Shown: positions 14,605 through 25,674, counted from the first letter of the stretch. The stretch is 64,000 nt of DNA from Candidatus Multivorans sp. (GCA_965247095.1 OZ251997.1:256001-320000); one strand, 5' to 3'. The notes: generated by a model from the sequence alone, not told the origin. A program made the numbers and translations.

Positions 14605-15897
14605 CTAGCGCCGGAGCCGCGCAAGCTTCGCGCGCAGGCGGTCGGCATCGAGGCCGTTCGTCTCGCCAGCCAGCTTGAGCGCCTTTTCGAGTTGCGTGGC
14701 CGCGGCGTCGTCGAGGCCGGAGGCGGCCATCGCGTCGGCCAGGTTCTCAAGCAACTGGATCAGGGCGCCGCGGGTCGACGGTTCCTGGGGGCGCGCCTCG
14801 AACGCCCGGTCCAGAATCTCGACCGTGCGGACGACATCGCCCCGTTCGGCGCTGACTATGGCGATGAGCAGCATCGTGTTCACGTCGCCGCCGTCCTGCT
14901 CCAGCGCCCTCTCGGCCATCGCCAGAGTTCCGCCGAGATCGCGGGCCTGGAAGAGGGCGCGGGCGAGGAACGCGGCGATGCCTTCGAGTTCCGGGTGCAG
15001 CTCGTACGCGCGGCGGGCGGCGGCTAGCGAGCCCGCCTGGTCGCCGGACGCCGCGAGCACTTCGGCGAGGGCGAAGTGGAGTTCGGGCCTGGAGTCGTCG
15101 ACGGCGATGCCGGCTCGCAATTCGCGCTGTGCGAGGTCGAGTTCGCCGTGGACGCGATGGGCGTTCGCACGACGCAGGTAACTGCGGACATCGAGGGCGA
15201 GATCGTGGACGCTGGAGCGAATGGGGTCGTTGCGGTAGTTGACGCGGCCCAGCGTGCGTGCTGCCGCCGCGATCTCCTGGGCGCGGCCTCGCTCGCCGGC
15301 GCGGGCGTGGGCCTGGGCGAGAGTGACCGCGAACGATCGGTTTTCGGGCGCCAGGTCGTGGGCTCGGGACAGGTGCCGGATGGCGCCGGCCGGGTCGCCC
15401 GCGCCAAGGGCGAGGCGGCCGAGTCCGGCGTGGGCGTGGGCGTTGGCCGGCATGAGCCGGATGGCCCGCTGGTACTCGCGGGCGGCTTCGTCGAACCGTC
15501 CCGTCCGCTCCAGGGATTCGGCGTAGCGAACGTGGCCGGGGGCGTAGTCGGAGTCGATCGCCAGAGCGGCGCGGTAGAGCGGGAGGCTGTCTGCTGCCGA
15601 GCGTTCGTCGACGAGGGCGGCAAGCAGGTAGGGCCAACGGAAGGTCTTCGGTGACAGTTCGTGGGCTTGGCGGTAGGCGGCGATCGCCTCGTTCGTGAAG
15701 GTGTGCGCCTCGAGCGCCATGGCGTAGCGGCCCCAGGCGTCGCCGCTTTGGGTGTTGGCGCGGAGGTCGGCCTGGAGTGAGGCGAGGCGTTGGCGGACGG
15801 CGGGTTCGGCGCCGTCGAGGCGGGGTTGGGGGATCTGTTGGGCGGGGAGGGTGGTGGCGGTGGCCGCGGCGAGGAAGAGGGGGAGCAAGCGGAACAT
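14605..15897 (-). CDS. Secreted tetratricopeptide repeat protein
   Basis: Signal peptide MFRLLPLFLAAATA; many TPR-like helical repeats (EAIAAYRQAHELSP, AHAGLGRLAL). Confidence 0.85.
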   Translation of the reverse strand: MFRLLPLFLAAATATTLPAQQIPQPRLDGAEPAVRQRLASLQADLRANTQSGDAWGRYAMALEAHTFTNEAIAAYRQAHELSPKTFRWPYLLAALVDERSAADSLPLYRAALAIDSDYAPGHVRYAESLERTGRFDEAAREYQRAIRLMPANAHAHAGLGRLALGAGDPAGAIRHLSRAHDLAPENRSFAVTLAQAHARAGERGRAQEIAAAARTLGRVNYRNDPIRSSVHDLALDVRSYLRRANAHRVHGELDLAQRELRAGIAVDDSRPELHFALAEVLAASGDQAGSLAAARRAYELHPELEGIAAFLARALFQARDLGGTLAMAERALEQDGGDVNTMLLIAIVSAERGDVVRTVEILDRAFEARPQEPSTRGALIQLLENLADAMAASGLDDAAATQLEKALKLAGETNGLDADRLRAKLARLRR

Positions 15898-17624
15898 CAC
15901 GGGGCCTGCCCCTGGCCGCGGACGAGTTCGACGACCTGGTTCGCGGCGGCGCCGTCGAAGCGCTCGGTGAGGCCGTCGGGCCAGACGACATTGAAGCTCT
16001 CGACGGCGTCGACGGCGCCCAGGCCGAGGTGGACGGTTGCGGGCTTGGCCGAGAGGTAACTGCCGCGGGGCAGGACGTGGAGCAGACGGGGGCCGCTCTC
16101 GGTGCGCACCGTGATCCGGGCGCCGATCGCCTCGCGGCGCAGCCGAGGGTCGAGCGCGCGGATTTGGAGCCAGTTCGCGCTGGTGGGTGGGGCGCCGGCG
16201 CCGCCGGGGTCGATCGTCAGGTTGCGCAGGACCTGGGGAGGTCCGTCGAGGTTGGCGATCACCAGGTCGAGGTCGCCGTCCCGGTCCAGGTCGGCGGGAA
16301 CGAGTGCCCGGCTGAGGCCGAGGTCGGTCCATGGGGCTTGGGAGGAGGCGTCGGTGAAGCGTCCGGCGTTGTTGATGAGGAACAGGTTCGGTTCGAGGTA
16401 GTCGGACCAGAATGCGGGCGGGACGCCCGCGTCCGCCGCCGGCGCCAGTGCGGAGGGACGCCGCTTGACGGCGCCGTTGGCGACCGCGAGGTCGAGGTCG
16501 CCGTCGTTGTCGGCGTCGAAGAAGGCGGCGCCGAAACCGGTCAGGTCGAGGCTGGCGGCGCCGAGGTCGGAGTCGATCGTTGCGTCCTCGAAGCCGGGCA
16601 GCATGAGATTGCGGTAGAGGGTGTTCGTTTCGGTGATCAGGTGGGTGACGAACAGGTCGAGATCGAGGTCGAGGTCCGCGTCGCCGGTGGCGATGCCCAT
16701 GCCGGCCTCGCTGTTGCCCCAGCGGTTGAACGCCGACCCCTGGAGAACGCCCTCGTCGACGAAGCTGCCGTCGCCCTGGTTGACCCACAGGTTGTTCGGG
16801 TCGGCGTCGTTCGCCACGTAGAGGTCCATCTCGCCGTTGTGGTCGAAGTCGGCGGCGACGACTCCCAGGCCGGCGTCGGTGACCGTCGAGATGCCGGCTG
16901 AGGCGCTCACGTCTTCGAAACGCTCGCCGTTCAGGTTGTGCAGCAGCACGTCGCTCAGTCCCTCGAACTCGGTCGGTCCGCAAAAGTCGCGCCGGCCGCC
17001 GTGCTGGGAGCAGACCCGCTCGGGATCGAAGGCGACGTAGCGGGCGACGTAGACGTCCAGATAGCCGTCACGGTCGAAGTCGAGCAGGGCGGCGGAGGAG
17101 GACCAGCCGGGTGTGGCCGCGCCCCAGGCCGCGCTGCGGTCGGCAAAGATTCCGTTGCCGTCGTTCAGCAGCAACCGGTCCGGACCGACACGGGTGAGGT
17201 AAAGGTCGATGTCGCCGTCGTTGTCGAGGTCGCCGGCGGCGGCGCCCATGCCGTCGCCATCCAGGCCGGCGACCGTTGTGGCGTCGCTGAAACGGCCGTC
17301 GTCCTGTTGGAGATAGAACCGGTTGCCGCCGGGAGCCGCGGCGATCAGGTAGAGGTCGAGATCACCGTCGCCGTCGGCGTCGAAGACCGCGGCGCCGCCG
17401 CCCATCACCGCGGGCATCGGATACGTCGAGTCCGTGCCGGTCCGGTAGATGAAGTCGATGCCGCTCTCGGCGGCTGTATCGACGAAGCGGATGGCCGCTA
17501 CGGCGGCCGCCGGACCGGGGACGGAGGTCGGGTCCGTTGCTCCAGACTCTGGATCCGTTGGCGAGCAACCGCTCGCCAACGCGCCAAGAAGGCCGATCCA
17601 GAGGCCCGTACCCGGTGCCCGCAT
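15897..17624 (-). CDS. CRTAC1/ASPIC-UnbV family FG-GAP repeat lipoprotein
   Basis: Lipobox LASGC, repeated DxDxDGDLDL motifs, C-terminal GSYLS..VHLGLG..VVWPDG. Confidence 0.92.
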   Translation of the reverse strand: MRAPGTGLWIGLLGALASGCSPTDPESGATDPTSVPGPAAAVAAIRFVDTAAESGIDFIYRTGTDSTYPMPAVMGGGAAVFDADGDGDLDLYLIAAAPGGNRFYLQQDDGRFSDATTVAGLDGDGMGAAAGDLDNDGDIDLYLTRVGPDRLLLNDGNGIFADRSAAWGAATPGWSSSAALLDFDRDGYLDVYVARYVAFDPERVCSQHGGRRDFCGPTEFEGLSDVLLHNLNGERFEDVSASAGISTVTDAGLGVVAADFDHNGEMDLYVANDADPNNLWVNQGDGSFVDEGVLQGSAFNRWGNSEAGMGIATGDADLDLDLDLFVTHLITETNTLYRNLMLPGFEDATIDSDLGAASLDLTGFGAAFFDADNDGDLDLAVANGAVKRRPSALAPAADAGVPPAFWSDYLEPNLFLINNAGRFTDASSQAPWTDLGLSRALVPADLDRDGDLDLVIANLDGPPQVLRNLTIDPGGAGAPPTSANWLQIRALDPRLRREAIGARITVRTESGPRLLHVLPRGSYLSAKPATVHLGLGAVDAVESFNVVWPDGLTERFDGAAANQVVELVRGQGQAP

Positions 17625-17675
17625 CGCTTGATTCTGTACCAGGGCGAGCGCCGGCGGCGCAGGCGAAGCCGATCC

Positions 17676-18089
17676 CTACTGCCAGGCCCCCTGGATGCCG
17701 CCAACGAGCGCGAAGCCGATCGTCAGGTGCGCCGCGTTGATCATCCACAGCTTGAGCGACTTCTGCTCGTGCAGGTAGTTGACGCCCATCATCACCGAAG
17801 CGACGCCAAGGCCCAGGAGCAGACCGGTGTGGATTCCGGCCATGTAGCCCTCCCCACCCATCTCGGCCATCAGCATGCCGACGACGATGGCCGCGACCAG
17901 CTCGAGTACGAAGGTGCCGCCCATGGTCTGGACCATGTTGACCTCAGGCGGGTTCTCCGTGTCGATCCCCAGTTCGGCGGCCCATGCCTTGCCGAACAGG
18001 ACGGAGTACCAGAGTGCGCCGAGGGCGTAGAAGGCGACAGCGGACACGACCACGGCAAGCCAGTTCAGGTCGGCGAGATGCATGTGCAA
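17676..18089 (-). CDS. DUF1761 family membrane protein
   Basis: NWLAVVVSA..LGALWYSVLFGKAW; four TM segments; LWMINAAH. Confidence 0.82.
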   Translation of the reverse strand: MHMHLADLNWLAVVVSAVAFYALGALWYSVLFGKAWAAELGIDTENPPEVNMVQTMGGTFVLELVAAIVVGMLMAEMGGEGYMAGIHTGLLLGLGVASVMMGVNYLHEQKSLKLWMINAAHLTIGFALVGGIQGAWQ

Positions 18090-18158
18090 GCTCCTTTCAG
18101 CCGTTACTTGTAGCGATCAGTGTAGCTTCTGCTTTGCGGGGTGCAAGCCGGTGCGCAC

Positions 18159-18629
18159 CTACTCCTCCGGCGCGCCGAAGTGCTCGATCATGTAGGCGTC
18201 GTAGGGGCCGGCCAGGAAGTCGAGGAAGACCTCGTTGACCAGCTTGACCGCCCTGGTGGCGGCGTACTCGAAGTCACCGTCGAGGCAGCGCAGTTCGATC
18301 GACACGGAGCCGGCGCGGTTACGGCAGCCGGCGTTCGCCTTGGCCGGGTCGAGGCGGCGGTGCTCCGGCAGATCCTCGCTGCTCCGCGCCGCGACGTACG
18401 ACCGGAGCGCCCGGTCCATGGCCGACGGATAGGGAATGCCCGGCAGGAGGTGCACGAACATCAATGCCCTGCGTCGCGGGTCGAACCGCAGCCGGTGCGG
18501 GGTCGGTGCGTGCCAGAGAAACCGCCAATCGAGTCCGCCGCCGCGCGTTGGCCTGACCCCGAATCCCCGAAAGATCCCCCGGTCGGCGTACTTCTGCAAG
18601 CAGGTAAGCACCGTCTCACACGGGGTCAT
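18159..18629 (-). CDS. Hypothetical protein (156 aa)
   Basis: ATG at 18629 after GGAGG; natural globular composition; co-oriented downstream of the ThDP enzyme. Confidence 0.75.
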   Translation of the reverse strand: MTPCETVLTCLQKYADRGIFRGFGVRPTRGGGLDWRFLWHAPTPHRLRFDPRRRALMFVHLLPGIPYPSAMDRALRSYVAARSSEDLPEHRRLDPAKANAGCRNRAGSVSIELRCLDGDFEYAATRAVKLVNEVFLDFLAGPYDAYMIEHFGAPEE

Positions 18630-18718
18630 CGTATTCCCTCCAGTTTCCTCTGAGCGCGAGCGGCCGCTGGGACCCTCCCCTCCAGACCCGACGCGGGCGG
18701 GTGTGCGTCCGAGCCGGC

Positions 18719-20704
18719 TCAGTGGTAGTAGGCCATGCAGCCGGGCTCGACCTTGCGGGGCAGGCCGGGCGGGTAGTCGTTGGTCCAGAACTCCTTGATC
18801 GCCTGGCAGTTGATCAGGGTCGAGACGCCGTCCTTGGCGGCCATCTCGTAGCTCCTCGGCAGGGCCTCCCGCAGTTGCTCGGGCGAGGTGGCGTACTCGC
18901 CGCGGGCGCCCAGGCCCTCGGCGATCTTGTCGTAGCGGAGGTTCTCCTGGAACAGGTACATGTGCATCGAGCGGGTGGCTCGCCGGGCCGATCCGTACAC
19001 GCCCCAGGCATTGTTGTTGTAGACCAGCACGACCGCGGGAATCTTGTACTTCGCCAGCGTCTCGAACTCCATGCCGGAGTAGCCCATCCCGGCGTCGCCG
19101 GTGACCGCGAACACCGGGGCGCCACGGTACGGTTCCTGGGGGCCGACTCCGTTCATCACCGCGGCGCCGGCGCCGACCGTGTAGCCGACGTCCGGCCCGA
19201 TCGCGCCGTACTGGTAGGCGCCGTTCAGGATCTGCCCCGGCCGGTGGGCGCGCAGCCAGCGGCGGGTGTAGCGGGCGATGCCGTAACCGCCGGAGACCAC
19301 CGTCGTCTGCTCCTTCGGTAGATCGCCGGAGTAGAGGAAGGACGACAGCTCCTGCGCGATCACGGCGGGGTGGATGGAGTCGGTGGCGGCGCTGTGCTTG
19401 AGCCCGAGCTCGTACCACTCGGCGTTCTGCTTCTCGAACGCCTCGCGGGCGGCTGCGAGCTCATCGCGCCAGGCCGGACGCGACGCGGACGGCAGCGCCT
19501 CGGCGAGCGCTTCGAGCCCGCCGCGGGCGCTGGCCACCAACCCCAGGTCCACGGGTAGGTTGCGGCCGATGTCGGCGGCGTCCGGATCGATGCGGATGAC
19601 CTTGGCGTCGGGGTCGAAGGCGACCTCGCCGACGTTGGGCATCGAGTACTGGCCCGCGAAGATCACGAGATCGGCCGAGAGCAGGGCGTCGGGTCCGGTG
19701 CTCGCCGACAGCGGGTGGCTGTCGGGGAAATGGCCGCGCATGGCGCCCGACTCGACGACCGCGATGTCGGCACGCTCGGCCACCGTGCGGAGCACGTCCC
19801 ACGCCCGGTCGTAGAAGACGCCGGTCGAGGCGACGATCATCGGCCGTTCGGCGCGCTGAATCATCTCGACCGCCTTCGCCGTGTCGGCCTGGGACGGATA
19901 GGGGTGGGAGTCGGTGCGGTACGTGCTCTTGTCGTGGTAGTAGAGCAGGTCGTCCGGCGTGTCGAACTGGGCTCGCGCGACCTCGCCGGTGAAGTCGAGG
20001 TGGACCGGCCGCGGTACGCCGGATTTGAGCTGACGGAAGGCGTAGGCGGCGTACTCGTAGACCCGGTTCGGGGTGATCAGCCGCTTGCCGTACTTCTTCA
20101 TGCCGACCGTCGTCGGCTGCTGGTAGCCGCGCTGGATGCCGCGCTCCGTGTCGTCGCCGCCGACCGTCATGTTGCTGGCCAGCACGAGAAGCGGTGTGCG
20201 TGCGGCGTTCGCGGCGCCGATGTTCATGATCATGTTCGTGAACCCCGGCCCCTCGGTGCCCGAGCAGGCCGCGACCTCGCCGGTGACCCGCGTGAAGCCG
20301 TCGGCGGCGGCGCACATGCTGCCTTCGGTACGGCCGCCGTAGGTGGGGATGCCCTCGGCGGCGATCGCGTTGATCACCTGGTAGTTGCCGGGCGCGCAGA
20401 ACAGCGCCTTGAGCCCCTCGTGGGCGCAGGCGCGGGCAAAGACCTGGGCGCCGTTCATCGGGAACTCGGCCGGGTCGGGCGCCTCGCCCAGAGTGCGCGG
20501 GATGTCCTCGGGAATCGAGATCGGCCGCTCCTCGCGGTCGGTTGCGGCGGCCCTGGCCTGGTTGGCGAAGAGGGCGGCGGCCCCGACTCCGGCGGCGCTC
20601 GAAGCGACGAAGCTGCGGCGGGAAACCGGGGAACCGCCCTTCGTCGCCGCGGTCTCGGGTTCGTCGGTGGTCTGGGCCTCTGGCGTGCGTTGCGATTCGC
20701 TCAT
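18719..20704 (-). CDS. ThDP-dependent enzyme (ALS/HACL/oxalyl-CoA decarboxylase superfamily) with twin-arginine signal
   Basis: SRRSFV + hydrophobic stretch + ARA; catalytic Glu in GRTEGS; GDAG...YNNN ThDP motif. Confidence 0.9.
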   Translation of the reverse strand: MSESQRTPEAQTTDEPETAATKGGSPVSRRSFVASSAAGVGAAALFANQARAAATDREERPISIPEDIPRTLGEAPDPAEFPMNGAQVFARACAHEGLKALFCAPGNYQVINAIAAEGIPTYGGRTEGSMCAAADGFTRVTGEVAACSGTEGPGFTNMIMNIGAANAARTPLLVLASNMTVGGDDTERGIQRGYQQPTTVGMKKYGKRLITPNRVYEYAAYAFRQLKSGVPRPVHLDFTGEVARAQFDTPDDLLYYHDKSTYRTDSHPYPSQADTAKAVEMIQRAERPMIVASTGVFYDRAWDVLRTVAERADIAVVESGAMRGHFPDSHPLSASTGPDALLSADLVIFAGQYSMPNVGEVAFDPDAKVIRIDPDAADIGRNLPVDLGLVASARGGLEALAEALPSASRPAWRDELAAAREAFEKQNAEWYELGLKHSAATDSIHPAVIAQELSSFLYSGDLPKEQTTVVSGGYGIARYTRRWLRAHRPGQILNGAYQYGAIGPDVGYTVGAGAAVMNGVGPQEPYRGAPVFAVTGDAGMGYSGMEFETLAKYKIPAVVLVYNNNAWGVYGSARRATRSMHMYLFQENLRYDKIAEGLGARGEYATSPEQLREALPRSYEMAAKDGVSTLINCQAIKEFWTNDYPPGLPRKVEPGCMAYYH

Positions 20705-20706
20705 TG

Positions 20707-21171
20707 TCAGTTCTCCTGGATCGGCACGGTGCCTTCGAGCGGTGGTTCCTTCGGCCGCAACTCCTTGGGACCGATGCTGCGCAGATAGTGAACGAGATCC
20801 CAGATCTCGCCGTCATCGAGCTCGGCCTCGAACGGCGGCATGTCGAGGCCGGCGCCGAACTTCGTGCTGCGGAAGAGGTCGCCGTCGGTGGTCCCGGACC
20901 GCCAGCGTTCGGGGTCGGTGAGGTCGGCGGCCTCGAAGTCGATGTTCTCGAGCGCCCGGCCGTCGAAGCCGTGGCAGATCTGGCAGTGCCGCAGGTAGTG
21001 GGTGCGGCCTCGTTTGGCCGCGGTCTGCGTGTACGGCGTGGGGTTGACGGCTACCGCGACGTCCTCCGCCGGCTTGCCGCCGATGATCGTGTCCGTCTGG
21101 CCGGCCGCGGCCGCGGCGATGCAGAGCGACGCGAACGTCGCTCCGCGGAACGCTTTGAGGACAACTGTCAT
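20707..21171 (-). CDS. Exported monoheme cytochrome c
   Basis: Sec signal, CQICH, distal Met in [14 protein letters not shown]. Confidence 0.9.
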   Translation of the reverse strand: MTVVLKAFRGATFASLCIAAAAAGQTDTIIGGKPAEDVAVAVNPTPYTQTAAKRGRTHYLRHCQICHGFDGRALENIDFEAADLTDPERWRSGTTDGDLFRSTKFGAGLDMPPFEAELDDGEIWDLVHYLRSIGPKELRPKEPPLEGTVPIQEN

Positions 21172-21202
21172 CGGGGATTGCGGCGACAGTGTACCGCCGC
21201 CC

Positions 21203-23578
21203 TCAGTTGGCGCCGGCGGGGATCAGTTCGATCCGGGACTCGGCGGCCTCGAGGATGGCGGGGCGCGTGTAGAGCAGCGGGAACGCCTCGTCGTTTGCCC
21301 AGGGCTCGAACAGGTCCTTGTAGTGCGGGCTGCGGGGATCGCCGGACTGGCCGGGGTTGTTCATGGCGACGGAGGCGTCCCAGTTGCCGACGTCGATCAC
21401 CATGCGGAAGGAGGCGCCGGATCTCTGCTTGAAGTCGCTGCCGTAGCTCGTGTTGCCGACCGTGTCGCCGGAACCGCCGCGGGGCGCCGGCCCGACGTCG
21501 GCGAGTCGGCGGAGTTCACCGGGAAGGTGGGCCGACATCGGGTGACGCAGTTCGATCCGGTGCAGGTCGCCCCAGCGCCAGGCGGCGGGATCGGGACCCA
21601 GGTGCCCTTTGACATCGTCGAACGCGGATTGGAGGCTGCCGAGGAGCAGTTCGTTGCGTGCGGCCTGCGGCGGACTACCGAGCCGGGAATCCGACCCTTC
21701 GACGATCCGCAGCAGGTTCTCATCCTGCACCGGGACAGGGTCTTCGCCGGCCTCAAGCGCCGCCGCCATCCGTCTGCCGACTTCGGCGTCCAGATGTCTG
21801 CGCCACCAGACCTCGAAGAGCGCTGCCGCGGCGCTGTCGGCGGCGAGTTCTCCGTTCCAGCCGGCAAGAACCTCCAGCGCCGGCCCGGCCTCAGGGGTCG
21901 GTGTCAGCTTGCGAAGCAGCGCGAGCAGGCGGCGGGCCGGAATCGAGACGTAGTCGGTCTGTAGGCGGACGGCGTCGTCGATCGTCACGGCGTCCGCGGC
22001 GGCCAGCACTTCGCCGATCCGCTGGCGCCGGTAGGTCCCCGCCCACTCCCAGCCCAGAGGCACGTCATAACCGGCCGGCAGGTTCATCTCGTTGGCGGTG
22101 GCGACCCAGCCGCGCTCCGGGTTGACCTCCACCGGCAGTTCGTCCATGTCCCGGTAGCCCTGCCACTCGTAGCGGCCGTCGCCGGGCACTGGCAGCAGTC
22201 CGTCCCAGTTCGGCCGGATCGGCGCCAGGCCGCCCGGTTTCCAGCCGATGTTGCCGTGGATGTCGGCGTAGACCTGGTTCTCGGAGGGAGCGCCCCAGCG
22301 GTTCATCGCGGCCAGGAACTGGTCCCAGTTGCGCGCCCGGATGTACTCGATGGAACCCAGATAGGGCGCCATGCCGGGTTCGAGCCAGGCGGCCCGCAAC
22401 GCGATCGCGAGGTTCCGGTCGGGGTCCTGGTAGAGCACCGGACCGTGATGCGTGAAGCGGAGTTCAACGGTCTGCGCCGCACCCCCGCGAACAGGAATCG
22501 CCTCTTCGATCACGTCCATCGGCAGCCAGTTGCCCCGGTACTCGTAGAAGTCCGGTTCGCCGGGCTTCGTGCGGTAGACGTAGATGTCCTCCTGGTCGAT
22601 GCTGAAGATCGTCAGGCCGAAGGCGATCGTGCCGTTGTGCCCGATCGAGATCCCGGGCAGCGCCGGCTCGCCGGCGCCGATGAGATCGAGGTCAGGCGAG
22701 GCCAGGTGGACGATGTAGCGCAGCGAGGGCACGGCCTGTGTGCGGTGCGGGTCGTTCGCGAGCAGGGGCCGGCCGGTGGCCGTGCGGCGTGGCGAGATCG
22801 CCCAGTTGTTGCTGCCTTCCGAAGCCGGGTCGCCGGCGCCCAGAAACCCCGGATCGAGGTCACTGAAGCCGACGCCCCGTGTGCCGAGCCGGTAGAGGTC
22901 GAGTGCGTCGGGGGCCTCCCGGAAGAAGTCGAGGTCGAGGCCGTCCGGCACCGCGAGGCGATGGTCCGGTTGGTAACGGTCGCGAAGCGCGAGGGCCTCC
23001 AGTCCGTGGTCCGCCAGGAACCTGGCCCGCGCGAACTCGCTGCCCGCGTTCCGCAGCAGGCCGTGACTGCGGATCCGCGGCACCGCCTCGGGCGTCCAGT
23101 GCGAGGGTTCGTAGTCGAGCGCCTCGAACTCCGGCGGCATCAGCTCGGGACGCTCCAGCACCAGGTCGACGTAGGCGTTCACTCCGAGCACCCAGGCAGT
23201 GACGATGCGCTTCGTGTCCGAGGCGTAGGCGAGCCACTCGGCGTGCATGTCGCCGCGGTAGAGCAGCAGCCGCGCCGCCCGGTCCTGCTCCACGAAGCCG
23301 GGACCGAAGACCTCGGAGAGCGTGCCCTCGCCGCGCCGCCGCCAGAGGTCGATCTGCCACAGGCGGTCGCGGGCCGCATTCCAGCCCTGGGCGAAGAACA
23401 GGTCGTCCTGGCCGCCGGCGAAGACGTGGGCGACGCCCCAACGGTCGACCAGGATCTCGACCGGGGCTCTAAGGCCGGGAACCTCGAAACGGGTCGTTTC
23501 GATCGCCGGCTGCGCTTCGGCCGCGCCGACGGCAAGCAGCAGGGGGACGGCGGTGACGATTCGCGTGAGCCCGGCCAT
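21203..23578 (-). CDS. Penicillin acylase family Ntn-hydrolase
   Basis: Signal peptide, ARDRLWQ, GSNNWAI nucleophile, ANDPH, PGQSG. Confidence 0.95.
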   Translation of the reverse strand: MAGLTRIVTAVPLLLAVGAAEAQPAIETTRFEVPGLRAPVEILVDRWGVAHVFAGGQDDLFFAQGWNAARDRLWQIDLWRRRGEGTLSEVFGPGFVEQDRAARLLLYRGDMHAEWLAYASDTKRIVTAWVLGVNAYVDLVLERPELMPPEFEALDYEPSHWTPEAVPRIRSHGLLRNAGSEFARARFLADHGLEALALRDRYQPDHRLAVPDGLDLDFFREAPDALDLYRLGTRGVGFSDLDPGFLGAGDPASEGSNNWAISPRRTATGRPLLANDPHRTQAVPSLRYIVHLASPDLDLIGAGEPALPGISIGHNGTIAFGLTIFSIDQEDIYVYRTKPGEPDFYEYRGNWLPMDVIEEAIPVRGGAAQTVELRFTHHGPVLYQDPDRNLAIALRAAWLEPGMAPYLGSIEYIRARNWDQFLAAMNRWGAPSENQVYADIHGNIGWKPGGLAPIRPNWDGLLPVPGDGRYEWQGYRDMDELPVEVNPERGWVATANEMNLPAGYDVPLGWEWAGTYRRQRIGEVLAAADAVTIDDAVRLQTDYVSIPARRLLALLRKLTPTPEAGPALEVLAGWNGELAADSAAAALFEVWWRRHLDAEVGRRMAAALEAGEDPVPVQDENLLRIVEGSDSRLGSPPQAARNELLLGSLQSAFDDVKGHLGPDPAAWRWGDLHRIELRHPMSAHLPGELRRLADVGPAPRGGSGDTVGNTSYGSDFKQRSGASFRMVIDVGNWDASVAMNNPGQSGDPRSPHYKDLFEPWANDEAFPLLYTRPAILEAAESRIELIPAGAN

Positions 23579-23724
23579 GGATGAGCCGGGACGATACCAA
23601 CGCCGAGGACGAGCGTCTGGCTACTCAACTGGGGCGGCGGATAGACCGAGCGCTCGCTTCGGTGGCGGTGCTCTCGACTAAGCTCTCCCGGATGTTCCGC
23701 ACCCAGCGAGAGCGTCGGTGCGTA

Positions 23725-25650
23725 GTGATTGCGCCGTCGCTCCTGGTTGTCGCCGCCGGGCTGATCGCCCAGGAGGCAGAGGACCCGAAGTCGGAGCAGG
23801 AGAACCGACCTCCGACCGCGACCTACTACGAGACCGCCACCGTCCGGGCGCGCTCGCTCGACACCGCGACCGCTTCGGTGCAGGTGATCGACCGCGACGA
23901 CCTTGCCGATCTGGCGGCGGGCGATGCGGCCGAGGCGTTGCGCCTGGTGCCTGGGGCCTTCATCCTCGGCAACGACTCGAGCGCCGCGGTCGCGGGGGTG
24001 TCGCTCCGGGGCGGCGACGCGAACTTCACGCTGGTTCTGATCGACGGGGTGCCCGTCAATGACAGTACGGACCAGTACGGCGGCGCCTTTCCGCTTGGCA
24101 GCGTCGGCGCGGCGGAAGTGGAGCGGCTCGAGGTGGTGCGCGGCCCGATGTCGTCCTTCTACGGCTCGAGTTCGCTCGGCGGGGCGGTGCAGTTGATCAC
24201 CAGCGCGCCGCGGAGTGCCGCGCCGTTTCTGGGTTTGAACGCCGATGCCGGCAGCCACGACCATCAAAGTGGCCGCCTGTCCTGGGGCCGCGCCGGCGAG
24301 TCCTCGGCGGGCGCGATGGGCGCCGCGGTTCGGGAAGAGCAGGGCCGGGTCGGAGACGACCGCCTGGAGCAGGCGTCTCTGGGCGGCCGCTGGCAGCGCC
24401 AACTGGGGTCGGCGTCGTCGTTCCGGCTTGCGGTCCGGACGGCCGACTGGCAGGCCGACGACTACCCGGACGGTTCGGGCGGCCCGCTGTTCGGCAGCGG
24501 CGAACTGCGTTCCTCGGATCACCGCGAGTACGGTGTGGCGGCCACCCTCGATCTCGGTGGCGGGGGCCGGTTCAGTCAGTACCTGCGGTCGACCTGGTAC
24601 CGGCACTCGATGGAGCGGGAGAGTCCGGCAATCGGATTCCAGGTGCCGCCGTGGACCGAAAACACCGACTTTCGCGATCTGCGCCTCTCCTGGATCGGAA
24701 CGCTTGCCCCGGAAAGCGGCGCGTCCGAGTTCAGCTTCGGCGCCGAGGCGCTCACCGAGGAGGGGCGGAACACCAGCCTCCTGCTGTTGCCGGCCTTTTT
24801 CGGCGGGCCGCTCGCGGGCGACTACGCGATCGACCGGAACCGCGTGGGTCTGTTCGGGGACTGGCGTCGGTCCATGGGCAACCTGGTGGCTGAACTCGGC
24901 GTGCGCGCGGACGTGCTCGAGGGTCGGGGCGCCGGCGGCGGGCGCGAGGAAGTGAGCCCGCGCTTCGGGCTTCGCTATGCGCCGGAGGGCGGCCGCTGGT
25001 CGCTTCGCGCTTCGGCCGGCCGGGCGTTCAAGTTGCCGAGCTTCTTCGCTCTTGAGTCGCCGCGGGCGATCGGCGGCAATCCGGATCTCGACGCGGAGAC
25101 CAGCGTCGGCGCCGATCTCGGTTTCGAGGCGGGTTCGACGGACGGCTCCTTCCGGTGGGGCGTGACGGCCTTCGTCAACCGCTTCGAGGGCCTGATCGAC
25201 TTCGACTTCGAGGCCTTCCTGAACGTGAACCGGAACAAGGTGGACGTCGAGGGGCTCGAAGGATTCCTGGTGTGGCGCCCTTCGACCCGGGTCATGCTCG
25301 ATGTCGCCTTGACGGCGCAAGACACCGAGCATCGCGATACGGGGAGGCCGCTGCGGCGCCGGCCGGATCTCTACGGCGGCGTCGGACTCCGCGTGGACCT
25401 GAGCGAGGCGGTCCGGCTCGGTCTGGAGGCCAGGCACTCCGGCAGCTATCTCGACGAGCAGATTCCGGCGCCCTGGCGGACCGAGGTCGCCGGGCGGACA
25501 CTGGCCGGCTTGACGCTGGCGTGGCGGGCCGCCGGGCGCTGGCGGGTCACGATGCGGGCGGACAACGTGCTCGATGAGTCGTACGAGACGCAGGTCGGTT
25601 TCCCCGGGCCCGAGCGCTCGGTCCGGATCGGCGTGCGCTATGGATACTAG
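23725..25650 (+). CDS. TonB-dependent receptor (BtuB-like)
   Basis: Plug motifs LRGGDANFTLVLIDGVP and ERLEVVRGPMSSFYGSSSLGG; GNPDLDAE; aromatic C-terminus; GTG 23725 chosen as start because ATG 23581 abuts the divergent gene. Confidence 0.88.
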   Translation: MIAPSLLVVAAGLIAQEAEDPKSEQENRPPTATYYETATVRARSLDTATASVQVIDRDDLADLAAGDAAEALRLVPGAFILGNDSSAAVAGVSLRGGDANFTLVLIDGVPVNDSTDQYGGAFPLGSVGAAEVERLEVVRGPMSSFYGSSSLGGAVQLITSAPRSAAPFLGLNADAGSHDHQSGRLSWGRAGESSAGAMGAAVREEQGRVGDDRLEQASLGGRWQRQLGSASSFRLAVRTADWQADDYPDGSGGPLFGSGELRSSDHREYGVAATLDLGGGGRFSQYLRSTWYRHSMERESPAIGFQVPPWTENTDFRDLRLSWIGTLAPESGASEFSFGAEALTEEGRNTSLLLLPAFFGGPLAGDYAIDRNRVGLFGDWRRSMGNLVAELGVRADVLEGRGAGGGREEVSPRFGLRYAPEGGRWSLRASAGRAFKLPSFFALESPRAIGGNPDLDAETSVGADLGFEAGSTDGSFRWGVTAFVNRFEGLIDFDFEAFLNVNRNKVDVEGLEGFLVWRPSTRVMLDVALTAQDTEHRDTGRPLRRRPDLYGGVGLRVDLSEAVRLGLEARHSGSYLDEQIPAPWRTEVAGRTLAGLTLAWRAAGRWRVTMRADNVLDESYETQVGFPGPERSVRIGVRYGY

Positions 25651-25674
25651 GAACCTCAGAGGGAGGGTGGACCG

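Noticed and set aside
14605-16983. 792-aa ORF as a single protein
   Set aside because: Only the part from ATG 15897 is TPR-like; the upstream part is an alternate frame of the ASPIC gene
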